64,000 nucleotides of DNA from an uncultured Flavobacteriaceae bacterium (GTDB taxonomy: Bacteria; Bacteroidota; Bacteroidia; Flavobacteriales; Flavobacteriaceae): contig CAZPGY010000009.1 in assembly GCA_964586655.1 (NCBI GenBank), forward strand, positions 10,432 through 74,431. The letters run 5' to 3'. The first letter of the stretch is position 1. Each line of letters begins with the position of its first letter. The notes under the pieces are model-generated. The model saw nothing but the letters and a program-made list of their open reading frames with translations. It had not been told where the DNA came from and searched no databases. The position numbers were made by a program, and so were the translations under genes. Shown here in pieces: positions 26,708 to 36,682 of the stretch.

Positions 26708-29289
26708 AACGCCTTTTAATCTTTTTCCTTGCTGTATTCAGTTTGACAAGTGTCAATGCTCAAATGGGAATGGGCAGCATCCATCCGGTAGATTGGACCG
26801 GAAAAGTTGAGAAAGTGGCCGATGACAGTTACAACTTAGTTTTTAAAGCGCAAATTAAAGACGGCTGGCACATTTTTTCACAGTTTACCGCTCCGGGCGG
26901 CTCCTTGCCCATGGAGATTACTTTCCTCAAAGACGGAGAAGGCTATAAAACCAATGGAAAGGCCAAAGAAAGTGAGACCAGAACACAGTTTAATGAAGTG
27001 TTTGGCGTGGAAGAAACGATTTTTGAAAATCAGGCGGTACTTACCCAAAATATCAATCTGGAAAATTCGGATTTGCGTTATGTCAAAGCCCGAATGAATT
27101 ATCAGGTTTGTCAAGAATCTTGCATCAATGAGGAGTATTATTTTGTCTTTGACCTCGAAGCACAAAAGGTGTATGTGTTGACCAATTATGATAAGTTTAA
27201 AGCCTATGGGCAAGCCACACAGCGCGAGGCTACCGATCAAAGTGGAGGTAGCAGTGCCCCACAAGTCGGTATGGAATCGGCAGTTCCTTTTGGCAATACC
27301 GGAACAACGACACAAAGCAAAATGAAAAGTCCGGTTTCTTGGGAAGGCGCCCTTGAAAGTACGGCTGATAATGCTTACAATCTAATTTTTAAAGCGCAAA
27401 TTAAAGACGGTTGGCACATCTTTTCACAGTTTACCGCTCCGGGCGGCTCCTTGCCCATGGAAATTACTTTTCTCCAAGAAGGAGAAGGCTATGAAACCAA
27501 TGGGAAAGCTAAAGAAAGTGAGACCAGAACACAGTTTAATGAAGTGTTTGGGGTAGAAGAAACGATTTTTGAAGATCAGGCTGTTGTCACCCAAAATATT
27601 ACAGTCAATGATCCGAATTTGCGTTACATCAAAGCGCAAATGAATTATCAGGTTTGCCAGGAATCCTGTATCAATCAAGAATATTATTTCGTTTTCGATC
27701 TAAAAGAAGGCAAGGTAAATGTCTTGAATAACTATGACAATTTTATGTCTTTTGGGAAGGATTCGAAAACCACCCCTCAAAAAGCTGAAGCTGAAGTTTC
27801 TCCCGATAAAGCCGAGGCCGGAGCGGTCTCTACAAACACCGATTCAAAGGATAAACGCGGGCTTTGGACCATCTTTTTACTGGCTTTTTTATGGGGATTT
27901 ACCGCCTTGCTGACCCCCTGTGTATTCCCCATGATTCCCATGACCGTCAGCTTTTTTATCAAACAGAGTAAAACCAAGGCCAGAGGAAAGCGAAATGCCT
28001 TGCTATACAGCCTTTTTATTATAGTGATTTATGTGCTGCTGGGAAGCTTGGTAACTGCTATTTTTGGTGCCGATTCGCTGAATAAACTATCGACAAACGT
28101 ATATTTTAATGTTATTTTCTTCCTCTTGTTGGTGGTTTTTGCCGCCTCTTTCTTAGGAGCTTTTGAAATTGTACTGCCCAATTCCTGGGCCAGTAAAGCA
28201 GATCAACAAGCCAATAGGGGCGGAATTATCGGAATTTTCTTTATGGCTTTGGCCTTGGCCATTGTCTCTTTTAGCTGTACCGGCCCCATTATCGGTTTTG
28301 TCTTGGTACAAGCAGCAGCCTCGGGAGGAATCGCGCCCATTGTAGGAATGTTAGGCTTCTCAATTGCCTTGGCCATTCCCTTTGGATTATTTGCATTGTT
28401 CCCCGGATGGCTCAATTCGATGCCGAAATCGGGAGGATGGCTCAATACCGTTAAAGTGTTTTTGGGCTTCTTGGAATTGGCATTTGCCTTTAAATTCCTT
28501 TCCAATGCCGATTTGGTTTTGCAAGCTCACCTTTTGCCGAGAGAGATCTTTCTCGCCATTTGGATTGCTGTTTTTGGAGCCTTGGCGTTTTACCTCTTTG
28601 GAAAAATACAATTGCCCAATGACAGCAAACCCGACCATATATCGGTCGGTCGTTTAGGGTTAGGCCTATTGGTACTCTCTTTTGTTATTTATCTGATTCC
28701 CGGACTTTGGGGGGCACCGCTCAAACTGATTAGTGGTTTTCCGCCTCCCATGACGTATAGCGAATCTCCGGATGGCGTGGGCTACACCCGAACAGCCTCG
28801 GTCGCTACGGCCAATTATGCCGATGTCTTTGCTGCCGGAGCTACACCGGGCCCCCACGATATCCCTCAGTTTAAAGATTATGAAAAAGGCTTGGCTTATG
28901 CCCAAAAAGTAGGTAAACCCGTGATGCTTGATTTTACCGGAATGGCCTGTGTCAACTGCCGTAAAATGGAAGAACGTGTTTGGAGCAATCCCGAAATCCT
29001 ATCGATTCTTAAGGAAGAGGTTGTCTTGGTTTCCCTCTATGTCGATGTTAGACAGGAATTGCCGGAAGCAGAAAAATTTACCAGTAAAGTCACCGGAAGA
29101 CGAGTAACCACCGTTGGAGAAAAATGGAGTAACTTCCAAATTAAACATTACGGCGTTAATGCTCAGCCCTATTACATTATAATTTCTCCCGAAACCGAAG
29201 AGAATATGAATGAACCGGTGGGGTATATGCCTGACGCAGAAAACTATGAAGCTTGGTTGCGGGAAGGGGTTGAAAATTATAACCAATAG
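26704..29289 (+). CDS. dsbD: DsbD-family thiol:disulfide interchange protein with a duplicated N-terminal periplasmic domain
   Basis: Signal peptide, then two copies of a ~140-aa domain each carrying VCQESC. A TM core follows with CVFPMIPMT and a second Cys (FSCTGP), then a C-terminal thioredoxin domain with MACVNCRKME. There is an ATGA overlap with tilS. Confidence 0.85.
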   Translation: MKRLLIFFLAVFSLTSVNAQMGMGSIHPVDWTGKVEKVADDSYNLVFKAQIKDGWHIFSQFTAPGGSLPMEITFLKDGEGYKTNGKAKESETRTQFNEVFGVEETIFENQAVLTQNINLENSDLRYVKARMNYQVCQESCINEEYYFVFDLEAQKVYVLTNYDKFKAYGQATQREATDQSGGSSAPQVGMESAVPFGNTGTTTQSKMKSPVSWEGALESTADNAYNLIFKAQIKDGWHIFSQFTAPGGSLPMEITFLQEGEGYETNGKAKESETRTQFNEVFGVEETIFEDQAVVTQNITVNDPNLRYIKAQMNYQVCQESCINQEYYFVFDLKEGKVNVLNNYDNFMSFGKDSKTTPQKAEAEVSPDKAEAGAVSTNTDSKDKRGLWTIFLLAFLWGFTALLTPCVFPMIPMTVSFFIKQSKTKARGKRNALLYSLFIIVIYVLLGSLVTAIFGADSLNKLSTNVYFNVIFFLLLVVFAASFLGAFEIVLPNSWASKADQQANRGGIIGIFFMALALAIVSFSCTGPIIGFVLVQAAASGGIAPIVGMLGFSIALAIPFGLFALFPGWLNSMPKSGGWLNTVKVFLGFLELAFAFKFLSNADLVLQAHLLPREIFLAIWIAVFGALAFYLFGKIQLPNDSKPDHISVGRLGLGLLVLSFVIYLIPGLWGAPLKLISGFPPPMTYSESPDGVGYTRTASVATANYADVFAAGATPGPHDIPQFKDYEKGLAYAQKVGKPVMLDFTGMACVNCRKMEERVWSNPEILSILKEEVVLVSLYVDVRQELPEAEKFTSKVTGRRVTTVGEKWSNFQIKHYGVNAQPYYIIISPETEENMNEPVGYMPDAENYEAWLREGVENYNQ
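26782..27754 (+). repeat. Intragenic tandem duplication (2 x ~430 bp, offset 546 bp)
   Basis: 26782-27208 and 27328-27754 align in frame with high nucleotide identity, for example cacagtttaccgctccgggcggctccttgcccatgga in both copies. Confidence 0.9.
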
Positions 29290-29456
29290 AATCTTAAAAA
29301 GACGGCGCAATCTTAAGCAGTTTTTTCAATTCTAATCCCTTGTCGGTTGGGTATAAGCCCAAAACTGACTATCGGAGGAGGGATATTCAGTTTTATAGCG
29401 TTAATAAACATACACATTTATAAATAATTGTATTTTTACACAAAATATTAGATTAT

Positions 29457-31100
29457 ATGGACATTAAATTCAACAAAAACGAAGATTCCAACAAATTGAA
29501 AGTTGTAGAACTTAAAGAAAAGTTGGTCAAAATACAAGCAGGTGGAGGGGAGAAACGCATTAAAAAACAACATGACAAAGGGAAATTGACTGCACGTGAG
29601 CGCATAGATTTTTTGCTGGATAACCCGGAGGATGCTATTGAAATAGGCGCCTTTGCAGGAGATGGAATGTATGAAGATGTAGGCGGATGTGTCAGCGGTG
29701 GAGTAGTGGTTAAGATTGGAAAAATTTCCGGAAAACAAACTATTGTTGTGGCCAATGATGCCACAGTAAAAGCCGGGGCCTGGTTTCCAATTACCGCTAA
29801 AAAAAACCTGCGAGCACAAGAAATTTCTATTGAAAACCGATTGCCTATTATTTATTTGGTAGACAGTGCCGGTGTCTTTTTGCCCAAACAAGATGAGGTT
29901 TTTCCCGATAAAGAACATTTTGGACGTATTTTTCGCAATAATGCCGTGATGAGCAGTATGGGAATTACTCAAATTGCAGCAGTCATGGGCAGTTGCGTAG
30001 CCGGAGGGGCTTACTTGCCAATCATGAGCGATGAAGCATTGATCGTGGATCAAACGGCCAGTATCTTTTTGGCCGGGAGTTATTTGGTGAAAGCGGCTAT
30101 TGGAGAAAATATCGATAATGAAACGTTGGGCGGTGCCACTACCCACTGTGAAATTAGTGGAGTGACCGATTATAAAGCCCAAGATGATAAAGAGGCCTTG
30201 ATCAAAATCCAAAATATTATGGATAAGATTGGAGATTTTGATAAAGCTGGTTTTAATCGTAAAGAGCCGGTAGCGCCTCAAGCAGATGCCAAAGAAATTT
30301 ATGGCATCTTACCCGAAAAGCGCAGTGACCAATACGATATGCGTGAAATCATCAAACGCTTAGTGGATAAATCTGAATTTGAAGAATACAAAAAAGGATA
30401 TGGGCAAACCCTTTTAACCGGCTATGCCCGTATTGACGGATGGGCTGTAGGAATTGTGGCCAATCAACGTAAAATCGTTAAAACGACAAAGGCCAAGACT
30501 AAACCGGCCGAAATGCAAGTTGGTGGCGTTATTTATAGTGATTCTGCTGATAAAGCAACCCGGTTTATTGCCAATTGTAACCAAAAGAAAATCCCCTTGG
30601 TTTTTCTACAAGATGTCACCGGATTTATGGTGGGAAGCAAGAGCGAACATGGCGGAATCATTAAAGACGGTGCCAAAATGGTTAACGCAGTCAGCAATTC
30701 GGTAGTGCCCAAGTTTACCATTGTAGTGGGCAATTCTTATGGAGCCGGTAATTATGCAATGTGTGGAAAAGCCTATGATCCACGGTTGATTGCCGCTTGG
30801 CCCAGTGCAGAATTGGCCGTAATGAGCGGCAAATCGGCAGCCAAGGTTTTATTGCAAATAGAAACCGCTTCTTTAAAGAAGAAAGGAGAAGAAATCACGG
30901 AAGAAAAGAAAGCGGAACTCTACAACAAAATTAAAGCCGATTATGATCGACAAATCAGCCCTTATTACGCAGCATCCCGCTTGTGGACTGATGCGGTTAT
31001 CGACCCGCTGGAAACAAGAAAATGGATTTCTACCGGTATAGAAGTCGCCAATCATGCTCCCATTGAAAAAGAATTTAACCTGGGCGTGATTCAGGTTTGA
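29457..31100 (+). CDS. Acyl-CoA carboxylase carboxyltransferase (beta) subunit (methylcrotonoyl-/propionyl-CoA carboxylase type)
   Basis: 547 aa. KQHDKGKLTARERIDFLLD N-terminus plus the two crotonase-like carboxyltransferase halves. Confidence 0.85.
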   Translation: MDIKFNKNEDSNKLKVVELKEKLVKIQAGGGEKRIKKQHDKGKLTARERIDFLLDNPEDAIEIGAFAGDGMYEDVGGCVSGGVVVKIGKISGKQTIVVANDATVKAGAWFPITAKKNLRAQEISIENRLPIIYLVDSAGVFLPKQDEVFPDKEHFGRIFRNNAVMSSMGITQIAAVMGSCVAGGAYLPIMSDEALIVDQTASIFLAGSYLVKAAIGENIDNETLGGATTHCEISGVTDYKAQDDKEALIKIQNIMDKIGDFDKAGFNRKEPVAPQADAKEIYGILPEKRSDQYDMREIIKRLVDKSEFEEYKKGYGQTLLTGYARIDGWAVGIVANQRKIVKTTKAKTKPAEMQVGGVIYSDSADKATRFIANCNQKKIPLVFLQDVTGFMVGSKSEHGGIIKDGAKMVNAVSNSVVPKFTIVVGNSYGAGNYAMCGKAYDPRLIAAWPSAELAVMSGKSAAKVLLQIETASLKKKGEEITEEKKAELYNKIKADYDRQISPYYAASRLWTDAVIDPLETRKWISTGIEVANHAPIEKEFNLGVIQV

Positions 31101-31145
31101 TGCCAAATTACAAGAACCCCTACAGGTCACAGACATAAAATTGAT

Positions 31146-31224
31146 AATGCCAAAATAATTTACAGGTTGGTCTAAAGATTTATAGAATAACTATTGGGCC
31201 GACTTGTAAGTTGTTTTGGTATTA
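31146..31224 (-). repeat. R1 family mini-copy (~79 bp, both termini retained)
   Basis: aatgccaaaataatttacaggttggtctaaagatttatagaataac joined to cttgtaagttgttttggtatta. The left part matches the inner flank of one R1 end and the right part matches the other end. The terminal TAATACC on the minus strand contains the K+ channel stop codon. Confidence 0.6.
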
Positions 31225-31995
31225 TTTTTTAGCCTCTTTTTGATATTCTTCTATGGCCATTTCCTCTTTATCGACATTTTGATGTGCTTCCTCTTCCATT
31301 TCTCGAGCTTTGGTTAATGCGCTGGCCACCAGACCGGCAGGAATGGTCACAATGCCTACTCCGATCATCAAAATAAAAAATGTAAAGATGCGACCACCGG
31401 TGGTTATTGGGGTGACGTCACCATAGCCAACTGTCGTCAGGGTCACCACTGACCAATATCCACTGGCAAATATGGAAGAGAATTTTTCGGGCTGAACGGC
31501 ATTTTCAAAATAATAAATTCCGGCAGAGGCGAGAAAGAGAAAAATAGCCGTTACAATTAAAAATAGAATAACTTCTTCCTTAATCAGTTGCCAAGCTTGG
31601 CGAAAGCGGTTCAAGGCTTTGTTGTACCGAATCAGTTTAAAAGCACGGAAGATTCTGAAGATCCGAAAAGCTCGAAGGGAGGTGAAATCCCCGGAAAGAC
31701 CAATCAAGAACGGAAAGATGGCCAAAAAATCGACAATACCATAAAAGCTGAAAATATAATGAAACGGATGTTTGGCCACATAAATCCTGATCAGATACTC
31801 AATCGTAAATAAAACCACACAAATATTCTCAATCCATTTTAGGATAGATTGGGTTTGAGAAGAAAGATCGGGAAGCGTGCCCAGGGCATATCCAAATAAG
31901 GAAACGAAAATCAGCACCTGCACGATATGATCAAAAACACGTCCCTTTTTCGTGGTGTTATCATCCACGATTTTACGGAGTTCTGCTCGCGTCAT
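31222..31995 (-). CDS. Voltage-gated-type potassium channel (ion transport family)
   Basis: Six TM segments, an S4-like RAFRIFRIFRAFKLIR segment and the selectivity filter TTVGYGD. Confidence 0.8.
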   Translation of the reverse strand: MTRAELRKIVDDNTTKKGRVFDHIVQVLIFVSLFGYALGTLPDLSSQTQSILKWIENICVVLFTIEYLIRIYVAKHPFHYIFSFYGIVDFLAIFPFLIGLSGDFTSLRAFRIFRIFRAFKLIRYNKALNRFRQAWQLIKEEVILFLIVTAIFLFLASAGIYYFENAVQPEKFSSIFASGYWSVVTLTTVGYGDVTPITTGGRIFTFFILMIGVGIVTIPAGLVASALTKAREMEEEAHQNVDKEEMAIEEYQKEAKK

Positions 31996-32129
31996 GACAA
32001 TATTTTATTTGTGATTAAAAAGACAAAAATAAGGAAATTCAGAAATGAAATCATTTTGGTGTAAAGAGAAATTTTTTGACCAAACCAGAATTCTATCTTC
32101 CTCTTTTTATAAAACTGTAATTTGCATTG

Positions 32130-32137
32130 TATATTTG
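32130..32137 (+). promoter_or_regulatory. Candidate -7 promoter box (TATATTTG)
   Basis: TAnnTTTG match 23 nt upstream of the azurin ATG. Confidence 0.3.
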
Positions 32138-32159
32138 TTTTCAAACTTAAAATACAAGT

Positions 32160-32648
32160 ATGATGCAACTAAAACACATCGCTTTTATCGCTTTGATTTG
32201 TCTTTTTGGATTTACAGCTTGCAAAAACGATAAAAATAAAGCCTCTGAAACTTTTAAAGCCAATCCGGAACGGGATACCGTTCATGTTTTGCTTACCGGA
32301 AATGATAAAAAACAATACAATATTTCTCAAATTGAAGTCTATGACGGGCAAACCGTAGTGCTGGTTTTTAAACATGTGGGAACCGCTCCAAAGGGAACCA
32401 TGGGACACAACTTTACTTTGCTGGAGAAAGGAACCTCCGTTCCTCAGTTTGCCATGCGGGTCAGTAAACTTAAACAACACGATTATCTCCCTAAAAACGG
32501 ACAAAATATCATCGCACATACCCGATTGCTCGGCGGCGGACAAAGCGATACGATTACTTTCAAGGCTCCTGAAATCGGCAGCTATGATTACCTCTGTACC
32601 TTCCCGGGGCACCACACCACCATGAAAGGCAAATTTATAGTTCACTAA
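32160..32648 (+). CDS. Azurin-like blue copper protein (lipoprotein)
   Basis: Lipobox LFGFTAC. Copper ligand pattern GHNF..(His) and CTFPGHHTTMKG (Cys-x4-His-x4-Met). Confidence 0.75.
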   Translation: MMQLKHIAFIALICLFGFTACKNDKNKASETFKANPERDTVHVLLTGNDKKQYNISQIEVYDGQTVVLVFKHVGTAPKGTMGHNFTLLEKGTSVPQFAMRVSKLKQHDYLPKNGQNIIAHTRLLGGGQSDTITFKAPEIGSYDYLCTFPGHHTTMKGKFIVH

Positions 32649-32816
32649 ATCGTGAAAATAACAACCGATTGTAGCGGTAAATCACAATATTTATGAGATC
32701 CGTTAAGCTTTCCCTGTGGCAGAAATAACCTGTTTAACCCGATAAAAAACCGGGGTTTTCAAAGGATAAGTTATAAAACTTCCTTAAGTTAGTACCCGTA
32801 AATTAAACTTCCCCTG

Positions 32817-34148
32817 ATGGGTTTAAAAAAAAATAGCTCAGCCAAATATCAGTCTTATGTAATTCCGATGATTATTATCGGAGCTTTGTTTTTTGTTTTT
32901 GGCTTTGTCACTTGGGTCAACAGTACCCTGATTCCATATTTGCAAATTGCTTGTCAGTTGACTACCTCCCAAGCCGTGTGGGTTACTTTCGCTTTTTATA
33001 TTTCCTATGCTTTGATGGCATTTCCGTCATCTTGGGTATTGGGGAAAACCGGATTTAAAAACGGAATGATCTTGGGTTTAGGTGTCATGGCCATAGGCGC
33101 TTTGGTGTTTGTTCCGGCCGCCAGTACTCGAGAATACGGACTTTTCTTAACAGGATTGTTTATTATAGGAACCGGATTGGCCTTGTTGCAAACTGCTGCC
33201 AATCCATATATCACCATTCTCGGCCCTATAGAAAGCGCAGCCAAGCGTGTGAGTATCATGGGAATATGCAATAAGGGAGCCGGAGCCCTGGCGCCTTTGG
33301 TGATGGGAGCTATTTTTTTGAAGAATATAGACGGATTTAATGATAAATTAACGGGACTTGACCCTGCACAACAGGCAGTGTTACTCGATGACTTGGCGTC
33401 GCGAGTAATTGTGCCCTATATTGTTATGGCGGCAGTGCTGATTTTGTTGGCCATTGCAGCAAAATATTCGGCCTTGCCCGATATCAATTCGGAAGAAGAA
33501 ACCAATCCCGAAGAAAAAGCGACGAGTAGGGATCGTGCTCATTGGTGGAATTACCCTTATTTGCTTTTGGGTTTTTTAGCCTTGTTTCTTTATGTTGGAG
33601 CCGAAGTAGTAGCCGGAGATATTATTCAGATTTATGGGAAATCCATAGGAATTGAACTAAGTGTAGCCAAGCATTTTACTACTTTTACCATGATTGGAAT
33701 GCTGGTGGGATATCTGTTGAGCATCGTATTGATTCCAAAATATATCAAGCAGGAAAATGCGCTTAAAACCAGTGCCATTTTAGGAGTCGTTTTTACGGTT
33801 TGTGCCATTTTTACTTCCGGCTACACCTCGATCACTTTTATTGCCCTACTCGGACTGGCCAATGCAGCGATATGGCCTGCCATTTGGCCTTTAGCTATTG
33901 ACGGACTGGGAAGGCACATCAATACCGGATCAGCACTCTTGGTGATAGGTATTGCCGGTGGTGCCATCCTTCCTAAAATATGGGCGTCGCTGGGGGAATC
34001 TATTGGTTTTCAAAACGCCTTTTGGGTTTTGGTGCCCTGCTATTTGTTTATACTGTTCTTTGCAGTCAAAGGGCATCAAATAGGAAAAAATAACAGCGCT
34101 GCAATTGAAAATTTATCTTCGGAAAACAGTACCGAAAGATCAACCTGA
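32817..34148 (+). CDS. MFS sugar transporter (FucP/GluP glucose-galactose-fucose permease family)
   Basis: 443 aa, 12 TM segments. The N-terminal FFVFGFVTWVNSTLIPYLQ motif is typical of the FucP/GluP subfamily. Confidence 0.7.
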   Translation: MGLKKNSSAKYQSYVIPMIIIGALFFVFGFVTWVNSTLIPYLQIACQLTTSQAVWVTFAFYISYALMAFPSSWVLGKTGFKNGMILGLGVMAIGALVFVPAASTREYGLFLTGLFIIGTGLALLQTAANPYITILGPIESAAKRVSIMGICNKGAGALAPLVMGAIFLKNIDGFNDKLTGLDPAQQAVLLDDLASRVIVPYIVMAAVLILLAIAAKYSALPDINSEEETNPEEKATSRDRAHWWNYPYLLLGFLALFLYVGAEVVAGDIIQIYGKSIGIELSVAKHFTTFTMIGMLVGYLLSIVLIPKYIKQENALKTSAILGVVFTVCAIFTSGYTSITFIALLGLANAAIWPAIWPLAIDGLGRHINTGSALLVIGIAGGAILPKIWASLGESIGFQNAFWVLVPCYLFILFFAVKGHQIGKNNSAAIENLSSENSTERST

Positions 34149-34196
34149 TGAGGGATGAAAAATGAGTGCGCTGATGTTGTTTGTTGTATTGAAAGT

Positions 34197-34367
34197 TTAG
34201 TATCAAATTGATATAAGCTTTAAAGGTCAAGGTAAAAAATATGCTTTGCTGGCAGGTGCAGGTTCGAGCATAGGTGATAACTGTGAGGTTTCGATAATTA
34301 TTGGGTTATCGTAGAGATTTGAAATATAGCCCTAAATATTGGATTAATTTGCAGGTTGTTTTGGTAT
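34197..34367 (-). repeat. R1 family copy C (inverted orientation)
   Basis: tttaaaggtcaaggtaaaaaa ... gatttgaaatatagccctaaatattgg ... ttgcaggttgttttggtatg aligns with the reverse complement of copies A and B. Confidence 0.65.
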
Positions 34368-34399
34368 GAAGACATTTTAAATATGAAAATAAAATAAAT

Positions 34400-35770
34400 A
34401 TGCATAGAAGAGATTTTATAAAAACCAATAGCTTGTTTGGGTTGGGCGCTTTAATACTTCCGGGCTCAGTTTTTAGTGGTACTTTGTTTAATTCAAAAGT
34501 AAGAATCGGAATGATTGGTACCGGTTTGCGTGGTCAGAGTCATTTGTCGGGTCTGCTCAAACGCAATGACGTGGAGGTGACAGCCATTGCTGAACCACAA
34601 CAACGTATGGTAAAGATGGCTTTGCGCTTGTTTGAAGAGCATCAAAAACCCAAACCCCAACTTTTTGATCAAGGCGATTATGATTACCGCAATTTATTAA
34701 AGCAAGAAAATGTAGATGCTGTTATTATTTCTTCACCGTGGAATTGGCATCATCCGCAGGCTATAGAAGCCATGCAAGCCGGGAAAATTACCGGATTGGA
34801 AGTTTGTGGAGCCACAACGGTTCAGGAGTGCTGGGACTATGTCAATACTTATGAAGAAACCAAAGTTCCTATTTTTATGATGGAAAATTGTTGTTATCGC
34901 CGTGATATTATGGCGGTATTCAACATGGTTCGCAAAGGGAAATTTGGAGAAATTGTTCATACTGAAGGTGGATATCGACACGATTTACGTCAGGTTTTGT
35001 TTAATGATGGAAAACATGCCATTGGCCACGGGGTCAAGTTTGGTGAAGAAGCTTTTTCTGAAGCACAATGGCGAACCCAGCACCACGTAGATAGAAATGG
35101 CGATTTGTATCCCACACATGGATTGGGACCAGCGGCTACTATGCTTGATGTTAATCGCGGAAACCGCATTACACACCTCAATTCCATGGCCAGTCAGGCG
35201 GCTGGGCTTCACGATTACGTGGTTGATTTTGCCGGAGAAGGACATCCAAATGCGCAAGTGGAATTTAAAAAAGGAGATATTGTGCAAACCATGTTGAAAT
35301 GTGAAAATGGAGAAAGTATTTTACTCACCCATGATGTTTCCTTGCAAAGACCTTATAATTTGGGGTATAAGGTTCAAGGAACAGATGGAATTTGGCAAGA
35401 TTTTGGCGCCGGTGGATTTGATCAAGGGATGTTATATTTTGAGGAGGAAATGAATCATTCTCATCAATGGGCCAATAGTGCAGAATACCTTGAAAAATAT
35501 GACCATCCCTATTGGAAGAAATATGCTGAACGAGCTATAGGAGCCGGTCATGGTGGGATGGACTTTTTTATGCGTAATGATTTTGTCAATTGCATCAAAA
35601 ATAATGAGGAATTCCCCTTCGATGTTTATGATTTGGCCACTTGGTATGCGGTTACGCCTTTGAGTGAAAAATCGATAAAACAAAACGGAGCCCCACAGGA
35701 AATGCCCGATTTTACAAATGGAAAATACAAAACCAGAAAACCCGTTTTTGGATTTGAATATTATGGATAA
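34400..35770 (+). CDS. Tat-exported Gfo/Idh/MocA NAD-dependent oxidoreductase, GH109-like (candidate alpha-N-acetylgalactosaminidase)
   Basis: Twin-arginine signal MHRRDFIKTNSLFGLGA, Rossmann motif RIGMIGTGLRGQSH, and a 456-aa size and architecture typical of GH109 members. Confidence 0.65.
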   Translation: MHRRDFIKTNSLFGLGALILPGSVFSGTLFNSKVRIGMIGTGLRGQSHLSGLLKRNDVEVTAIAEPQQRMVKMALRLFEEHQKPKPQLFDQGDYDYRNLLKQENVDAVIISSPWNWHHPQAIEAMQAGKITGLEVCGATTVQECWDYVNTYEETKVPIFMMENCCYRRDIMAVFNMVRKGKFGEIVHTEGGYRHDLRQVLFNDGKHAIGHGVKFGEEAFSEAQWRTQHHVDRNGDLYPTHGLGPAATMLDVNRGNRITHLNSMASQAAGLHDYVVDFAGEGHPNAQVEFKKGDIVQTMLKCENGESILLTHDVSLQRPYNLGYKVQGTDGIWQDFGAGGFDQGMLYFEEEMNHSHQWANSAEYLEKYDHPYWKKYAERAIGAGHGGMDFFMRNDFVNCIKNNEEFPFDVYDLATWYAVTPLSEKSIKQNGAPQEMPDFTNGKYKTRKPVFGFEYYG

Positions 35771-36680
35771 AAGCTGCTCCCTCTTAATTTTAGCTGCCGG
35801 ATTGGGCAGTCGCTATAAAGGACAGAAACAAGTAGATGCCTTGACAGATAAAGGAGAAACCTTGATGGATTTTGCGCTTTTTGACGCCTTGAAAGTGGGG
35901 ATAAAACACTTTGTGTTTGTAGTAAATGATCAGTTTCCCACTACCTATCAAACACGCCTAAAGCAAAATTTGACTGCTCACAACGCAAAGGTTGATTTTG
36001 TTGAACAGCGCATTGATAAATTTATTCCGAAGACCTTTCAGGAACAATTAAAAAACAGGTCTAAACCTTTGGGAACTGCACATGCGGTTTATTGTGCTAA
36101 AGAGCTTATTCACAATAGTTTTATAACGGTAAATGCCGATGATTTTTACGGACACCAAACTTTTAAAAAGGCATTTGATTATATGCAACAAGGAGCAATT
36201 AATCGAAAGCAGTTTGCCATGATTGCTTTTCGGTTAAAAAATACTTTGAGTGCCAATGGTTCTGTTTCTCGTGGAATTTGTCGAGTGGAAGCAAAAAGCC
36301 TTCAAAAGGTGGAAGAGTTTACAAAAATTGAAAAGGAAGAGGAACGTATTTTAGGGCGAGATGAGGAGTTAAAAAAACACTCACTTTCAGGAAGTATGCC
36401 GGTTTCTATGAATTTTTGGATATTGCATCCTTCATTTTTTGAAATGGCCCGGGTAGGATTGATGAATTTCTTGGAGCAGACTGATATTTCAGCTGAGAAA
36501 GAATGCTATTTACCAAGCCTTATCAATGATAATATTCAGTCACAACAATTGTCAGTTGAAGTATTGCCTACTGTTGAACAATGGTTTGGGTTGACTTATC
36601 CGGAAGACCGTAAGGAGGGCGTGGATCATATAAAACAACTAAAATCAGCAGGAAACTATCCGCCGCAATTGTGGCCTTAA
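35763..36680 (+). CDS. Sugar-1-phosphate nucleotidyltransferase
   Basis: Start ATGGATAA overlaps the upstream stop by 8 nt. Carries the signature LILAAGLGSRYKGQKQ (G-x-G-S/T-R). Confidence 0.7.
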   Translation: MDKSCSLLILAAGLGSRYKGQKQVDALTDKGETLMDFALFDALKVGIKHFVFVVNDQFPTTYQTRLKQNLTAHNAKVDFVEQRIDKFIPKTFQEQLKNRSKPLGTAHAVYCAKELIHNSFITVNADDFYGHQTFKKAFDYMQQGAINRKQFAMIAFRLKNTLSANGSVSRGICRVEAKSLQKVEEFTKIEKEEERILGRDEELKKHSLSGSMPVSMNFWILHPSFFEMARVGLMNFLEQTDISAEKECYLPSLINDNIQSQQLSVEVLPTVEQWFGLTYPEDRKEGVDHIKQLKSAGNYPPQLWP

Positions 36681-36682
36681 AT

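Noticed and set aside
29448-30281. A 277-aa minus-strand ORF (and a nested 103-aa ORF).
   Set aside because: It is entirely antisense to the well-supported acyl-CoA carboxyltransferase gene, has a low-complexity composition and carries no recognisable motifs.
32169-32645. A 158-aa minus-strand ORF spanning the azurin gene.
   Set aside because: It is the exact antisense shadow of a gene with clear copper-ligand motifs, and has no motifs of its own.
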